A stretch of 63,780 nucleotides of DNA, filler included, from Octopus bimaculoides (lineage: Eukaryota), in the NCBI RefSeq assembly GCF_001194135.2. It is 8 parts of 8 records of this genome, joined end to end, with 100 filler letters (N's around TTAATTAATTAA, not from the genome) between each part and the next. Parts side by side here need not be neighbours in the genome. Positions count along the whole stretch, not along the records: positions 39,470 to 58,324 come from NC_068995.1; positions 58,425 to 61,259 come from NW_026430646.1; 6 more parts are not named here. One strand, 5' to 3'. This document shows positions 47,076 to 61,020 of the stretch, piece by piece. Both the position numbers and the translations under genes were made by a program. The notes beneath the pieces were generated by a model, which was not told the origin of the DNA, ran no database searches, and was given only the letters and a program-made list of their open reading frames with translations. Position 1 is the first letter of the stretch; each line of letters starts with the position of its first letter.

Positions 47076-48665
47076 CAGTATTTCACAGAAGTATGTTCAC
47101 CACTAAAAAATTTCAGTAAAATTGCCATTACTCTGATAATATCCAAGGAAATCAAACAAACTTTATACTGAATAAAATATATTATACATGCAAACATTAT
47201 ACAGATTTGGAACACAAAACAATAAACATTTTCAAAGATATGAACGAAATATTAATTTTCAAATGATACAAAAATATGTACACCCTAAAAGAAATTTAGT
47301 ATATTCAATAGTCTATCCACTTGTTTTTTTTTTAATTAAATTCAGATATTGATGATAATTTCAATTCTAATAAATTATTTCTCCTGGCATTTTTGTACCG
47401 GCCATTGTTATTGCATCTGCAGGAATTCTGATTTGTGTACCGTGGTGAAAATCTTCTTCATTGAGATTAAAATGGCACCAAAAGGAAAAGAATTGTCTGA
47501 AGATTTGAAGAAAATTATTTTTAATTTGCACAAGAATGGTTTAGGATACAAGTTAATTAGCAAACGAATACANNNNNNNNNNNNNNNNNNNNNNNNNNNN
47601 NNNNNNNNNNNNNNNNNNNNNNNNNNNNNNNNNNNNNNNNNNNNNNNNNNNNNNNNNNNNNNNNNNNNNNNNNNNNNNNNNNNNNNNNNNNNNNNNNNNN
47701 NNNNNNNNNNNNNNNNNNTGTATCCACCCAAACAGTTCGCCGAAGTTTGAACGAGTGTGGTCTTCATGGATGCATTCCTCGTAGGAAGCCTCTCCTCCCT
47801 ACCAGGCATAAATCAAGTCGTCTTTCTTTTGCCGAAACCTATGTGAGTAAGAGGAAGGAGTTTTGGAATAAATTTCTTTTTTTTTTTTTACGAGACTAAG
47901 ATCAGCTTGTTTGGGTCAGATGGTATTAAATGAGGTAGTATTAAACGACCAGGTGAAGATGATAACGACAAATGCACCGTGCCTCCCGTGAAAAACGGCG
48001 ACGGGAGTGTTATGCTTTGGGTGCAGCTGATGTAAGACGACTCACATTTATTGAGAGAACAATGGATTAAAGGCTTTATTGTGACATATTGCAGAAAACA
48101 ATGTTGAAAAGCATCAAGGAACTAAGAAGACATTCCATGTTCCAACATTATTATGACACCAAACACACTTCAAAGATGACAACTAAGTTTTTAACAGATA
48201 AAAAGGTAAAGGTATTGCCTTGGCATACCATGTCGCCTGACTTAAACCCAAAAGAACATCTGTGGGGTGTTTTGAAAAGAAAGGTTGAAGAGAAAAAAAA
48301 CCCCGCAATGTAACACAGTTGAAAGACATCATTCAGGATGAATGGTGGTCGATTTCATCGTTTATATGCGGATATTTAGTCGACTCTATGACCAGAAGAC
48401 TTAGTGCAGTCATTGGCGGTCACATCAAATATTGGATATAGCAACTAATCCTTTAGGGTGTACATATTTATGTATCGTTTAAAAATTAATATTTCGTTCA
48501 TATCTTTCAAAATGTTTATTGTTTTGTATTCCAAATTTGTATTATGTTTGCATGTATAATAGATTTTATTCAGCATACATTTCGTCTGATTTCCTTCGAT
48601 ATTATCAGAGTAATGGCAATTTTACTGAAATTCTTTAGTGGCGTACATACTTCTGTGTGAGAATT
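47076..48665 (+). mobile_element. Full-length decayed Tc1-family transposon with ~210-bp TIRs
   Basis: TA at 47074-47075, then CAGTATTTCACAGAAGTATG; right TIR 48453 to ~48660. ATG at 47472 gives MAPKGKELSEDLKK; later ETKISLFG, TVPPVKNGDGSVMLW, FQH..DTKH, SPDLNPKEHLW motifs with stops and frameshifts. Confidence 0.92.
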
Positions 48666-48825
48666 TTTATTAATCACTACAATTGTTTCGATACGTCTAG
48701 CATCGATCCCAAACGGGTGGGATACTTAACAACTGGTTCAGGAGCATCCAACGGTGCAGATGTATATATATATGGGCCCATGAAAGCCAGGCAATAGTAA
48801 TACCTTGATAATACTCAAAAGAGTA

Positions 48826-49272
48826 AAGGCAGTGAACCGGCAGAGTCGTTAGCACGCCGGGAAAAATGCTTAGCAGCATATCATCCGTAGTTACGTCCGG
48901 AGTTAAAATTTTACCGAGGTCGATATTGCCTTTCATCCTTTCGGGATCGATTAAATGAGTACCAGTGGAATACTAGGGTCGATGTAAATGACTAGTCTTC
49001 TCCCCACAAAATTTCAGGCTTTGTGCTTATAGTAGAAAGGATTATTATTATTATTACTGAGGTGGCGAGCCGGCAGAATCGTTAGCACACCGGGCAAAAT
49101 GCTTAATAGTATTTCGTCCGTCTTTACGTTCTGAGTTCAAATTCCACCAAGGTCGATTTTGTCTTTCCTCCTTTTATGGTTAATAAAATAAATACCAGTG
49201 AAGCACTGGGGTCGATGTAATCGACCTGCTCCTCCCTCGAAATTGCTGGCTTTATGCCAAAATTTGAAACCG
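48826..49272 (+). mobile_element. Two tandem SINE family A copies (48826-49048, 49058-49272)
   Basis: Both have the ggcaga(g/a)tcgttagcac head; the first ends in (ATT)n. Confidence 0.85.
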
Positions 49273-49299
49273 ATATTTAAGAGAAGAAGGGATGGAGGT

Positions 49300-49333
<34 letters not shown>

Positions 49334-50163
49334 CCGATACTTCGGAACTATACAATGATGACTTGCTCGGTGAGTTCTGTAGTTTTCATTTCTGTCCAGG
49401 ACATTTTGGATGCAGGTGTCGGCATTTCGTTCATTCCTTATACGTATACACATATAATATATATAGTGTGTGTGTACACATATATTTCTAGGAGCGAGAG
49501 AGAAAGGATGGGGAGAAAGAGAGAGCGAGATAGAGAGTGAGATATATAAAGCGAAAAAGAGAGAAAGAGCAATAGCTAGCCAGCTAGATAAATCGATTGA
49601 TAGACAGACGGATATCTTGAAATGCTTAAAGGAAAAAGTTGTGGAAAGTAGTGCCACAATAAGAGAAAACCTAATCGATTAGGGTTTAATTGTGATCGAA
49701 ATGACAGTGTCTGCTGTGTTAGTTCCCCGAGGCCAAAGAATGGTAACCACGATGAATACAGCTATGACGAGACACTAAAGGATAAATAGAGGTAATAAGG
49801 ACATTCATTAAATACTGTGCTACCTTAAAGATAGAAATGATAGACAGACAGACGATGACAGTGCGAAACAATTCATTAGAGATTTCTCAATTATATTTAT
49901 AAGCGTACAAACAGGAAAATATGAATATACATACGAACATAGATACACTTATGCATATAGGCACTTTTATATGAGTTGCATATAAACATATAAGTATAAA
50001 CGTATATATACATATATAAATATGTATACTTATATATACACATATATACACATACAAGTATATATTTACATATACATACATATACACATATGCACACATA
50101 AATATACACACTTATATAGGGACATATACATATATATATATACACACATATACGTACACACAT

Positions 50164-50218
<55 letters not shown>

Positions 50219-50394
50219 CANNNNNNNNNNNNNNNNNNNNNNNNNNNNNNNNNNNNNNNNNNNNNNNNNNNNNNNNNNNNNNNNNNNNNNNNNNNNNNNN
50301 NNNNNNNNNNNNNNNNNNNNNNNNNNNNNNNNNNNNNNNNNNNNNNNNNNNNNNNNNNNNNNNNNNNNNNNTATATATATATATATATATATAT

Positions 50395-50520
50395 TTGTGT
50401 GTGTGTGTGTGTGTGTGTGTGTGATAACTAAGCGGTTCGGTAATGAGACCGACAGAATAAGTACCAGGCTTAAAAAAGAAATTAAATACTGGGGTCGATT
50501 CATCCAACTAAAGGCAACTG
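50395..50520 (+). mobile_element. SINE family B, 3' fragment
   Basis: agcggttcgg...gaataagtaccaggc...ctggggtcgatt. Confidence 0.7.
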
Positions 50521-50649
50521 GCATGGCATTTTCCACAATGGACACAGATGATAGCCGGATCCAACCTACTCACGACAATAGACCTCTTTAAACTAGTGCT
50601 AAACTAAGAACAAAACTTCAAATTTAGAAGAATGCTCACTCAATTTTCT

Positions 50650-51022
50650 CGAGTCAACGCTTGACTGGTACGTTATTTTATCGCTCCACTGTTAAAAGCA
50701 AAGTTACTTCCAGCGGTATTTGAACTCAAATTACAGTCAGTAAATAAGTATTTTGTCCAGCAAATTTACGATTTTAGTAATTGGTCAGTAATATTAATAA
50801 AAAACTAAGGCGGCGAGGTGGCAGAATCATTTGCACGTCGGGCGAAATGCTTAGCGGTATTTCGTCCGTCTTTACGTTCTGAGTTCAAATTCCTCTGAGG
50901 TCAACTTTGCGTTTCATCCTTCCGGAGTCGATAAAACAAATACCAGTTAAACACTGGGGTCGATGAAAATCGACTAACCCTCCCCTTAAAATGCTGGGTT
51001 TGTGCCAAAATTTGAAATCAAT
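50650..51022. mobile_element. Head-to-head pair of SINE family A copies (minus 50650-50780, plus 50808-51022)
   Basis: Minus copy is degenerate (ggtatttgaactc, actggtac.ttatttatc); plus copy is near consensus. Confidence 0.7.
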
Positions 51023-51059
51023 ATTAATAAAAACTAACAATAGTAAAAAGGGTAAAAAG

Positions 51060-51099
<40 letters not shown>

Positions 51100-52086
51100 A
51101 ACAATTTAGCTTTGATCGTAAACAAAAGCAAACGAAAAAGGAAAATATAAAATGAAATGAAATATTCCCATTTGAATGAACAAGAAACAATTTAAATTAC
51201 AAAATACATACAAGATTACAGATCAATAATTATACAGTAAATGTAGTATTTAGTATTGCATATTGCTTATACTAGATTGAAAAACAATATGTGATATTTG
51301 ATATATATTGTTTGATTGATCACCCAAATCTATCAATGAATATTTTATTGAACTTAGGCAAGTGTGAATAAAATATAAATGTATATAGATATAGTGACTT
51401 GTAACTTTCACATTTCCTCATGAGAATATTATGGTATTTGATAAAACAGACGTAAGTATACATATATATACGTGTTTATGCAGAAGGCATACACATACAT
51501 ATATGTTCTCACACATTTCGATAATTCAGTAACAAGTAAAGAGACCGAAAGCGATGTCGAACAGCAGTTGAACACAACGAGAGAAAAAAAAATGCTGAAA
51601 ATAAAAGAAGAGATCACTACAGGTGGAACTTTGACATTTCAAGACAAGAATAGGTTGTATATTCGTCGGTTCCAGCTGTGCTTCTATTGTTGGCGCAATT
51701 TTTTAAAACGGAGGTAGACCTCTTGAGATATAGTGCCTTTGCAGATAAACCGCTACGTTGACTGTGTCACATTATATGCAAAAATTTCTACATAGAAATG
51801 TATACAAAAATAACATACACATGCACACACGCATGCATACACATATAGCTTTGTGCATATATGCATGTGCTTCTACACACACACACACACACATTTATAT
51901 GCTACAATTTTTTGACGAAAAAGGAAGAGATAACTCAATATGGAGGGTGGAAGTGAAGGAGATATTGTTTATTGGAAATGAATTATTTTTCTAGCGACAC
52001 GAATTTCATGACACGGCGATCTTCAGGTGACATGGATCGTGGTTGTGTGAAACTCCAGTCCCAAGGGGGAATTTTACACACACATA

Positions 52087-52117
<31 letters not shown>

Positions 52118-52492
52118 GACGGAAACACACTAATATATTGCGTGTGTATATAAATGAATGTCATGCATAAAAGAGACATACGTAGAAATGCAATCCTTCC
52201 AAAAACAATCATGCAGCCACATTTTCTGTATCAATATTACAAACGTTACTACCATCTATATTTGTCGTGTGCATTGTTGGAATTAGAGCAGCGTAGTACA
52301 AAAATACGTTGAGGTTACATCTCTTAAGTTACGTCCCCTTACATCTAGGTCTACATCAGCAGTACAGTTTTGAGATCGATAAATAAATAACCATACAACT
52401 CAATAGGGCTGATATTACCGATGAATAAGAAAACCTTTCGAACCCTTCCATTGTAGCCACCGTCAAAAAGCATTAAGCAGTAAAAGAACCGA

Positions 52493-52493
<1 letters not shown>

Positions 52494-52579
<86 letters not shown>
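52494..52579. repeat. (GA)n microsatellite
   Basis: Direct reading. Confidence 0.97.
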
Positions 52580-52582
<3 letters not shown>

Positions 52583-53073
52583 AAACAATTTTAGTGAGGT
52601 GATAAGGTATTCAGTATACTTCTTAACCTTCTGTTTTAAACTCAGAGTTGTAGATACCATTAAATGATATAAGAGTCGCTTTCGGTATCTTAGGAAACTG
52701 CTGAAATTACGAATTTACAATTTTCACTTGAATTACTTTTATTATCATTACTGAGGTCAACTTTGCTTCCATCTTTCTGAGGGGGTCATTAAATTTAATA
52801 CCAGTTAAGTTCTGGGGTCGATTTAATCAACTAACCTCCCCACTTCAAAATTGCTGTCATTGTGCCTAAATTAGAAACAAAAACCCCTACAATAACAACA
52901 ACAACAATAATAAAAAAAAATAATTGCCTATATAAATAATAATGATAGCAATAGTAATTGTCTATATAAAAATGATCAAAATACCTCTATTTTTGATTTT
53001 TGAACATATTGCATTTGTTTGCAATTCATTTATATATATAAAGTAAGATTTACATGTTACACTCATACATAGG

Positions 53074-53117
<44 letters not shown>

Positions 53118-53349
53118 NNNNNNNNNNNNNNNNNNNNNNNNNNNNNNNNNNNNNNNNNNNNNNNNNNNNNNNNNNNNNNNNNNNNNNNNNNNNNNNNNNN
53201 NNNNNNNNNNNNNNNNNNNNNNNNNNNNNNNNNNNNNNNNNNNNNNNNNNNNNNNNNNNNNNNNNNNNNNNNNNNNNNNNNNNNNNNNNNNNNNNNNNNN
53301 NNNNNNNNNNNNNNNNNNNNNNNNNNNNNNNNNNNNNNNNNNNNNNNNN

Positions 53350-53412
<63 letters not shown>

Positions 53413-54494
53413 GAACACACGTTTGTATTCGGTATGTGACTTTGCAGTATAGAACTTGGTTTCGCAACCGCCATCTGAAGTTTAGTGCCTCGTCTTCTGA
53501 ACGGAAACTATATGGAAGACTGTTGTACGCATATACGTACACGCACACACACATACACACACACACATATATATCAATGTATATGTGTGTATGTGTGTGT
53601 GTGAATATATTTGCCTCTACGATTGATTTTACATTTGACAACACTTGGAGAAACAGTGTTTATGCTGGCAACTCAGCGGTACGATAAACAGATACATTAA
53701 GTAGTGTTAGCTTGCGAATTATTGATCGGAAATTCTACAAGATGATGCTCCAGCAAGGGCCAGAATCTAATGACTAGGAAAAATAAAAGAATATATAAAG
53801 CGTATATAGTCGTTTGTAGTTCTAAGCAGACTGGATGCCTTTCATCACAGTTCTAATAATGGTCGACTCAGAAGCTGAATATTAGCAGGAGTCGTAAAAT
53901 TTCCTTTGAATATTGGTGACTATGATGTATTTGAAATACTGAGCACAATGCGTCAGACTGTACTACAACATGGTCGTAACAATGATGGCTCAGAGAGGAA
54001 CTACAAATTGAGGGGAAAAAAAGAAAAAAAGAAAAAAAGAAAAAAAAGCATCTCCAGAGATAAAGATCTTCCTTATCAGATATTACAGATATTTACAAGT
54101 GTGATACATTGATATCATTATCATATATGCAGAGAAAAACATTCACACACAGAGCAGCTCCATAAGGGCATCATATCTATCAAAATACTGTTGTCTGTAT
54201 AAATAATTAGTAATATGAAACATAGTGAAGTCACAACGGCAATATTTTCTTGATATACATTTAATGTATCAGATGATAGTGCAAAATATATCGAAAAGCC
54301 GAACATATATGTAGAGAACTACATTCTCTCCCCTTTCTCTCTCTCTCTCTCTCTCATTCACAGGCATACATATACGTTGGTAGGTGCAGTAATTAGTTAC
54401 GTAAAACTAAAATGAGAGACTGCCGAAATGTGTACAGAAACCGAGACAAAATACTTTTATTAGTTAAATGTCAGTAAATGCTGTATGAAATACG

Positions 54495-54568
54495 ATATGT
54501 ATGTATGTATGTATGTATGTATGTGTCCGTACGTACGTATGTATGCATGCACGTACGTATGTATGTAC

Positions 54569-54599
<31 letters not shown>

Positions 54600-54770
54600 T
54601 GTATGTATGTGAGTATGTATGTGCATGAGTATGTATATTTATGAGTGTGTATGTATGTGAGTATGTATGTATGTATGTACGTATATATGTATGTATGTAC
54701 GTATATATGTATGTATGTACGTACGTATTATGTATGTACGTATGTATCTATGTACGTATGTACGTATGCC
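54495..54770. repeat. (GTAT)n microsatellite with GTAC variants
   Basis: Direct reading. Confidence 0.92.
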
Positions 54771-55284
54771 ATTGTTCAATTTTATTTCAAGATTTCTTGC
54801 TAATTGACGAAGAACCAGTGTGTGTGTATGTGTGTGTGTGTGTGTGTGCGCGCGCGCGCGTGCATTTCCAGAGCTAAGATGTCTGCAAGTCGAAAAGTAC
54901 TCAATACGTTCGAACGCACATTGCTTGTTTAATATTACACCAATATGTGTATCTCGGTGTGGGTGTCTTTGCCTGTATATACATATAAAAATACATATAC
55001 ACACACAAATGTGCGCGCACACACACACGCATCCACCCCAGAGAAACCCTCACGGGTAGAATGCATTTGCCAGTTCGACACTTGTGATTCCAGTTCTCAT
55101 TCCTTACAGTTGGTCATGCACTTGGATATATCTGAGACTTACAGACTGCTTCAGTTCTCATGTTGCTACAATATAAAGAGATTCAAGTCTATTTCGCTCA
55201 AATACAATCATTCAATGAAAAGAAAAGTAAAACGGAATTTTAAGGGTTTTGACCTGCGGATGGCTAAATTCTAAAATTTTCTGG

Positions 55285-56225
55285 AAACAGTCTTCTTTGG
55301 TGGCAGTAATTGGATGATAATTTTGATTTTTTGTTAAGAGAGATTGCAGCGACTTCTGTAATTTTTCTGTTAGGCTTAGTTTCTAGGTCTGTGACTCATT
55401 AACATATGTACAGTTCTATCATTAATATTGGATATTATTGGAGAGAATGGTGAGCGCTGGTTACTTGGTTTTTAAACGAAATATGAGAGAGATAGGGATT
55501 ATTCTGTTTCGTGATAGGAATGAGTTAATACATCAAAGAAAACTGCCCTTGGAAGTGATTGTAGCTAAACCACTGTAACTGACTTCCACGCCATCTGGTG
55601 TATTATGATCATTCGGTGTACCTCGTATACATCCAGAAGAGGATCCTCGTGAGGATCGTTTGAGCAAGCAAGCCGATACAGTTCAACAGTTACAAGTTAG
55701 CTAAAACTTTTGTGACCAAATGAGGGTATGTGTGTTTGAGGTTCTAGTGGTTAATCTGGGATAACTGACAATGACGTTGTGCGAATTGAAAAACTTTTGG
55801 TGTTTGTATTTGCGTATGGGAACTGAACTAGGAAATTCTTGGCTATATTCGTTGTGACTTCTAGACAGTGATTTGGATTAAACAAGTTACTTTCCTCTTC
55901 ATATGTCTACTGTGCTTTATGGTGGGTGGCTTCTTATCTATATAAATTAGTTTCTCACTGAAGCCACTTCTAGCGAGAGCATCATTATTATAGAAATCTC
56001 TTCTAGAAGATAACTCGATCCGACGTTAGATAAGAGGTATTCTTATCTTTTTTGCTGCCAAGATTTTTAATTATGACTGTTGAGAAGTCGGAAGTTTTAT
56101 GGATGTATCATTTTCAATCATATTTATGTAGTGGTATTATTTAATTATCTTCAAATCTAATGTTTTGTGTCAGAAGCTGGCTAACATTTAGTTAGTGCAA
56201 ATGGTTATATTCAAGCAAGTTTCTT
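55285..56225 (-). mobile_element. Decayed Penelope-like element (RT end to endonuclease C-terminus)
   Basis: Frameshifted remnants FLD.TLDL, YNNDALARSGFSEKLIYI, KRKVT(W)FNPNHCLEVTTNIAKNFL, FNSHNVIVSYP, LNKKSKLSSNYCHQRR. Confidence 0.75.
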
Positions 56226-56269
56226 TAAAATTTCTATTAAATTCTAGATCTGAATGACCCCCACCTACC

Positions 56270-56740
56270 ACACAGTAAACAACGAAAAGAGGACTGTAAT
56301 TTGGTTTAATCCGCCCTACAACCTCAAAATTGATTACAAACATGCAAGTTACCCTGTTCATACACATCCGACTATCTACAAAAATTGATCATACAACCAC
56401 CATAAAGGTCAATTGCTTTGTACTGTAGTTTTCAACATAAAACAAAGTTAAATGGGAAAAGAATAAATAAAGTTTATATAGTAGACTACCCAGAAGAAAT
56501 AGACGATCAATGATGGCACTAATACCCTTAGCATAATAAATGCACAAATAAACACACAGATTACGGAACTAATAAATATTTTCCCACCTTACTCATGATG
56601 TATACAACAGCCGTAATTCCCATATTAAATACATTAATTCTGCCAAAAGTAAACAGACAGCAACACATGCCAACCCCAGCTCATTCTGAAGACGAGACTA
56701 CTAAGATCTAGAAACGTTGACGTTGAGTGGGTCTAGTGTC
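56270..56740 (+). mobile_element. Second, divergently oriented Penelope-like fragment ending in a degenerate hammerhead core
   Basis: KRTVIWFNPPYN at about 56280-56325; CTGAAGA-c-GAGAC-tactaa-GATCTA-GAAACGTT at 56686-56718. Confidence 0.65.
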
Positions 56741-56942
56741 TTTATAAAACTGATCAAAATGAGAATTACTTTCATGATTCAGTAGAACAATACGCACACA
56801 TACACAAATATCCACAGACTGTTCACATATACACGCGCGCATATATACATTCATATTTACACAGAGGAGAAAGAGAACTGACTCGACCAAAATAAAATAT
56901 CATTAATCTCTTCTATGATATTCTAAACGTGTATATATATAC

Positions 56943-57059
<117 letters not shown>

Positions 57060-58039
57060 CCTACATGAATATTTTTATGCTTCTACAGATAGGATACATC
57101 CCGTGTGTCTATTCATTATATCTATGTATAGTATGCAACTTTGTACATGAGTGTATTTACTGTAATGAAAGTAATTGCTGATATGCAGCATGACGTACAT
57201 ACAAAATTTTCGTTTTAAATCATAATCCATACAAATGGCTGAATTTTCTCTAATACGATTTAAGTTACAAGTAGCCAAGTATGTTGCTAACCCTTGCTGT
57301 CTATAAAAAGACAAGCAGACTCGTGTTGACTATGCGGTATTTATGAGATCAAGTAACAGAGAAAAATATCAGCGTCTGCACAAACATATTAGATTTTCTC
57401 TGAAACAAGTGATTAGATTTAGTTTTATAATCTTTTGAAATTATCTCCCATTTTCACCATGAGTTTTTATCAAATACCACTACGTTTTGTTTTCTTTCTA
57501 TAAGTTTTAAATGACAATACATCAATAATTTCTCTTGAAATGATACGTTAATCTGTACATCAAATATACTTGATGTATGTTAATTCACGCCATTGGCTTA
57601 TTTTAGTTATTTCCCTTGGCTCAATTTTTCTTTCAAGTGTATTCGAATGTAAGCTTATACAAATGTATATTTAAATTTACACAAAAATTCCGGTTCATGT
57701 TCACGTTTATCTGTGTAGTGAAGTAGAACTAGTAGGAGTTAGATAGTTGAAGAATTTACACTAAACACTCTCTCTCTCTCTCTCACACACACACACAGAG
57801 CTTCTTTTGTGTTATTGTTACGAAAGTGGTGTGTTTGTATATTTACGTTGGTGTGTGTATGTGGGTTAGTGCTAACTTCTACATTTCATATTTCAAAGGA
57901 ATCTATGCAAAGATACCGCTGTAATACTGTCCCCGTGGGATAACGTAGATACAAACATATAATGGATATTAGATTCTAGCTTGATTTAATTTTTATTATC
58001 GAGATTATCTGATATATAAAAAAATATATACGCACTTAC

Positions 58040-58079
<40 letters not shown>

Positions 58080-58842
58080 CTTAAATACACACATAAATGC
58101 ACACCCCATAAATGTTATTATGTAAGTACATACATATATGTATACACACGCACATGTTACTCTGTACACACACACACACGCATACACACACACATTTTGT
58201 TTATTTTTCGAATTTTTCACCAATGGAGAAAGAACCGGCCTGTAGCCTAGAAACAAGGCACTATCATAGGAATTTTGTGTACATAAACGGGGTTTGTTTT
58301 ACATGTATGTATATATATATATATNNNNNNNNNNNNNNNNNNNNNNNNNNNNNNNNNNNNNNNNNNNNTTAATTAATTAANNNNNNNNNNNNNNNNNNNN
58401 NNNNNNNNNNNNNNNNNNNNNNNNCATTAGCCACCAACGGAACCGCAAATGCAAAATATAAGTTAGTCCTAGAGTGTACAATGTTTCTGAAGGTCAGCAA
58501 TGGTCTTCTTCGGTCACGAGTGGACGGCCATCATCAGGTACATATGTATACATATCTGTATATACATTTGAAAAACCAAAGATTAAGTATCAATGATATT
58601 TCAATTATTCATTTCCAGCAGTTGTTTAAATAATCCTTACATAAATATATGTAAATTTTATATCTATATAACAATACAATTTTTTAGGACGTAAGAATTA
58701 CATTTCCAGGTTTCTTTTCAAATATACATTTATGTCCATATCTACATGCATGCAAGCATGTGTGTGTGTGTGTGTGTGAGTGTGTATATGTGCTCGTATA
58801 TTGGTCTATACGTGTGTGTGTGTCGTCTGTATGTGTATGCGC

Positions 58843-58896
<54 letters not shown>

Positions 58897-58913
58897 ACAT
58901 ATATATATATATA

Positions 58914-59321
58914 CTAGCAGAGATACCCGGCCTTGCTCAGGATTCAAATGACTTAGTTTTTTTTTATTGTTTTACTTGTTTAGGTCATGTCACTGCGGCC
59001 ATGCTGCCGCACCGCCTTTGGTCGAAAAAATCGACTACTGAATTTATTTTTTGTAGGCCTAGTACTTATTCTATCAGAGTCTTTTGCCGAACTGCTAAGT
59101 TATGGGAGGTAAACACAGCAACATCGGTTGTCAAGCAATGGTGGGGTACAAACACAGACACACACACACGCACGCACACACAAAAATATACACATATATA
59201 CATATATATATATACACACATACACATATGTATACGCACATATAGATACATATATATTCATATATATATATATACATATACATATACATACATATATATA
59301 TATATAAATACACACATATAT

Positions 59322-59382
<61 letters not shown>

Positions 59383-59880
59383 CACATACATACATAAATA
59401 TATATATACAGATATAGACACATATGTATAGATATATAGAAATCTATATACATACATATATACATACATATACATCCATATACAAACATACACAGATATA
59501 TATATACATATATATACATATATATATAATATATACATATATACATATATAAACACACACACATATATATATATACACACATATATATACACATATCCAT
59601 ACATATAAGTAATACGAATGAAACTAATATATATAGATACATAATGAAAGTAATTGAAATTAAAACCTTATAATTGTAAAAGTATTAATAGAGATGTTAC
59701 TGTTTCACTTTTGACACGTAATACGGAAACATTGTACGAGTTTTTTGGCCTATGGCACTGTATGGAGCCTAAGTAAGGCATGTGTAAAATTTGATTGAAA
59801 CCCGTTGGATAGTTCTCGAGTGTTAGTGATGCACAAATACATACAGAGAGACACACGCACTCACACATTCACAGTTTGAT
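58914..59880 (-). mobile_element. Non-autonomous Helitron-like element containing a SINE B (58965-59165) and a large TA/CA expansion
   Basis: 3' signature on minus: imperfect GC-rich hairpin cctgagcaaggccggg, then CTAG (58914-58917) abutting T in a TA tract; 5' part 59690-59880 homologous to 60735-60970. Confidence 0.55.
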
Positions 59881-60734
59881 ATATATATATATATATATAA
59901 AGAATAAGAAGTTTTGAATGATATAACAATGCACTATAATACAAAAAATGGACTATATACCTGTTGTAATTTAGTTATCCATAGTCCGATGATATTTCGG
60001 AACATTCTTAGATGGAGTTTCTGCTATAATCGCTTTTTTTTATGGATATACGGAGACATATATATGTCTATATATGTAAATATATATTTATGTATGNNNN
60101 NNNNNNNNNNNNNNNNNNNNNNNNNNNNNNNNNNNNNNNNNNNNNNNNNNNNNNNNNNNNNNNNNNNNNNNNNNNNNNNNNNNNNNNNNNNNNNNNNNNN
60201 NNNNNNNNNNNNNNNNNNNNNNNNNNNNNNNNNNNNNNNNNNNNNNNNNNNNNNNNNNNNNNNNNNNNNNNNNNNNNNNNNNNNNNNNNNNNNNNNNNNN
60301 NNNNNNNNNNNNNNNNNNNNNNNNNNNNNNNNNNNNNNNNNNNNNNNNNNNNNNNNNNNNNNNNNNNNNNNNNNNNNNNNNNNNNNNNNNNNNNNNNNNN
60401 NNNNNNNNNNNNNNNNNNNNNNNNNNNNNNNNNNNNNNNNNNNNNNNNNNNNNNNNNNNNNNNNNNNNNNNNNNNNNNNNNNNNNNNNNNNNNNNNNNNN
60501 NNNNNNNNNNNNNNNNNNNNNNNNNNNNNNNNNNNNNNNNNNNNNNNNNNNNNNNNNNNNNNNNNNNNNNNNNNNNNNNNNNNNNNNNNNNNNNNNNNNN
60601 NNNNNNNNNNNNNNNNNNNNNNNNNNNNNNNNNNNNNNNNNNNNNNNNNNNNNNNNNNNNNNNNNNNNNNNNNNNNNNNNNNNNNNNNNNNNNNNNNNNN
60701 NNNNNNNNNNNNNNNNNNNATATATATATATATA

Positions 60735-61020
60735 CAAAACTGCGAATGTATGTCTGTCTATCTGTGTGTCCGTATATGTGCATCGCTAACACTGGAGAGA
60801 TACCAAACTGATTTCATTCAAATTTTACACATACCTTACGTAGGGTCCACGCAGTGCGATGGGCCAAAAGATTTTTCAACCTATTGCCTAATGCGAGCCC
60901 GGAACAATCTCATATCTTTTCCATTATTTCAGAATTACGTGTCAAAAGTAAAACAATAACATCTCTATTGTAATGAGAGGTAACATTTCCAGTTTAATAC
61001 TCTCACTATTAATACTGAAT
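60735..61020 (+). mobile_element. 5' part of a second copy of the same Helitron-like family
   Basis: caaattttacacat(a/g)ccttac(g/t)tagg...ttacgtgtcaaaagt(a/g)aaaca(a/g)taacatctctatt is the reverse complement of 59690-59880. Confidence 0.6.

Noticed and set aside
53447-53500. tttgcag followed by YRTWFRNRHLK, resembling homeodomain helix 3 (WFxNRR)
   Set aside because: The invariant Arg53 is His, no helix 1-2 exon is visible, and it is embedded in microsatellites; likely chance.
58500-58540. Minus-strand CTGATGA-t-GGCC...GACC-GAAGAA hammerhead-like word
   Set aside because: Stem II mismatch and broken GAAA core; at most a dead relic.
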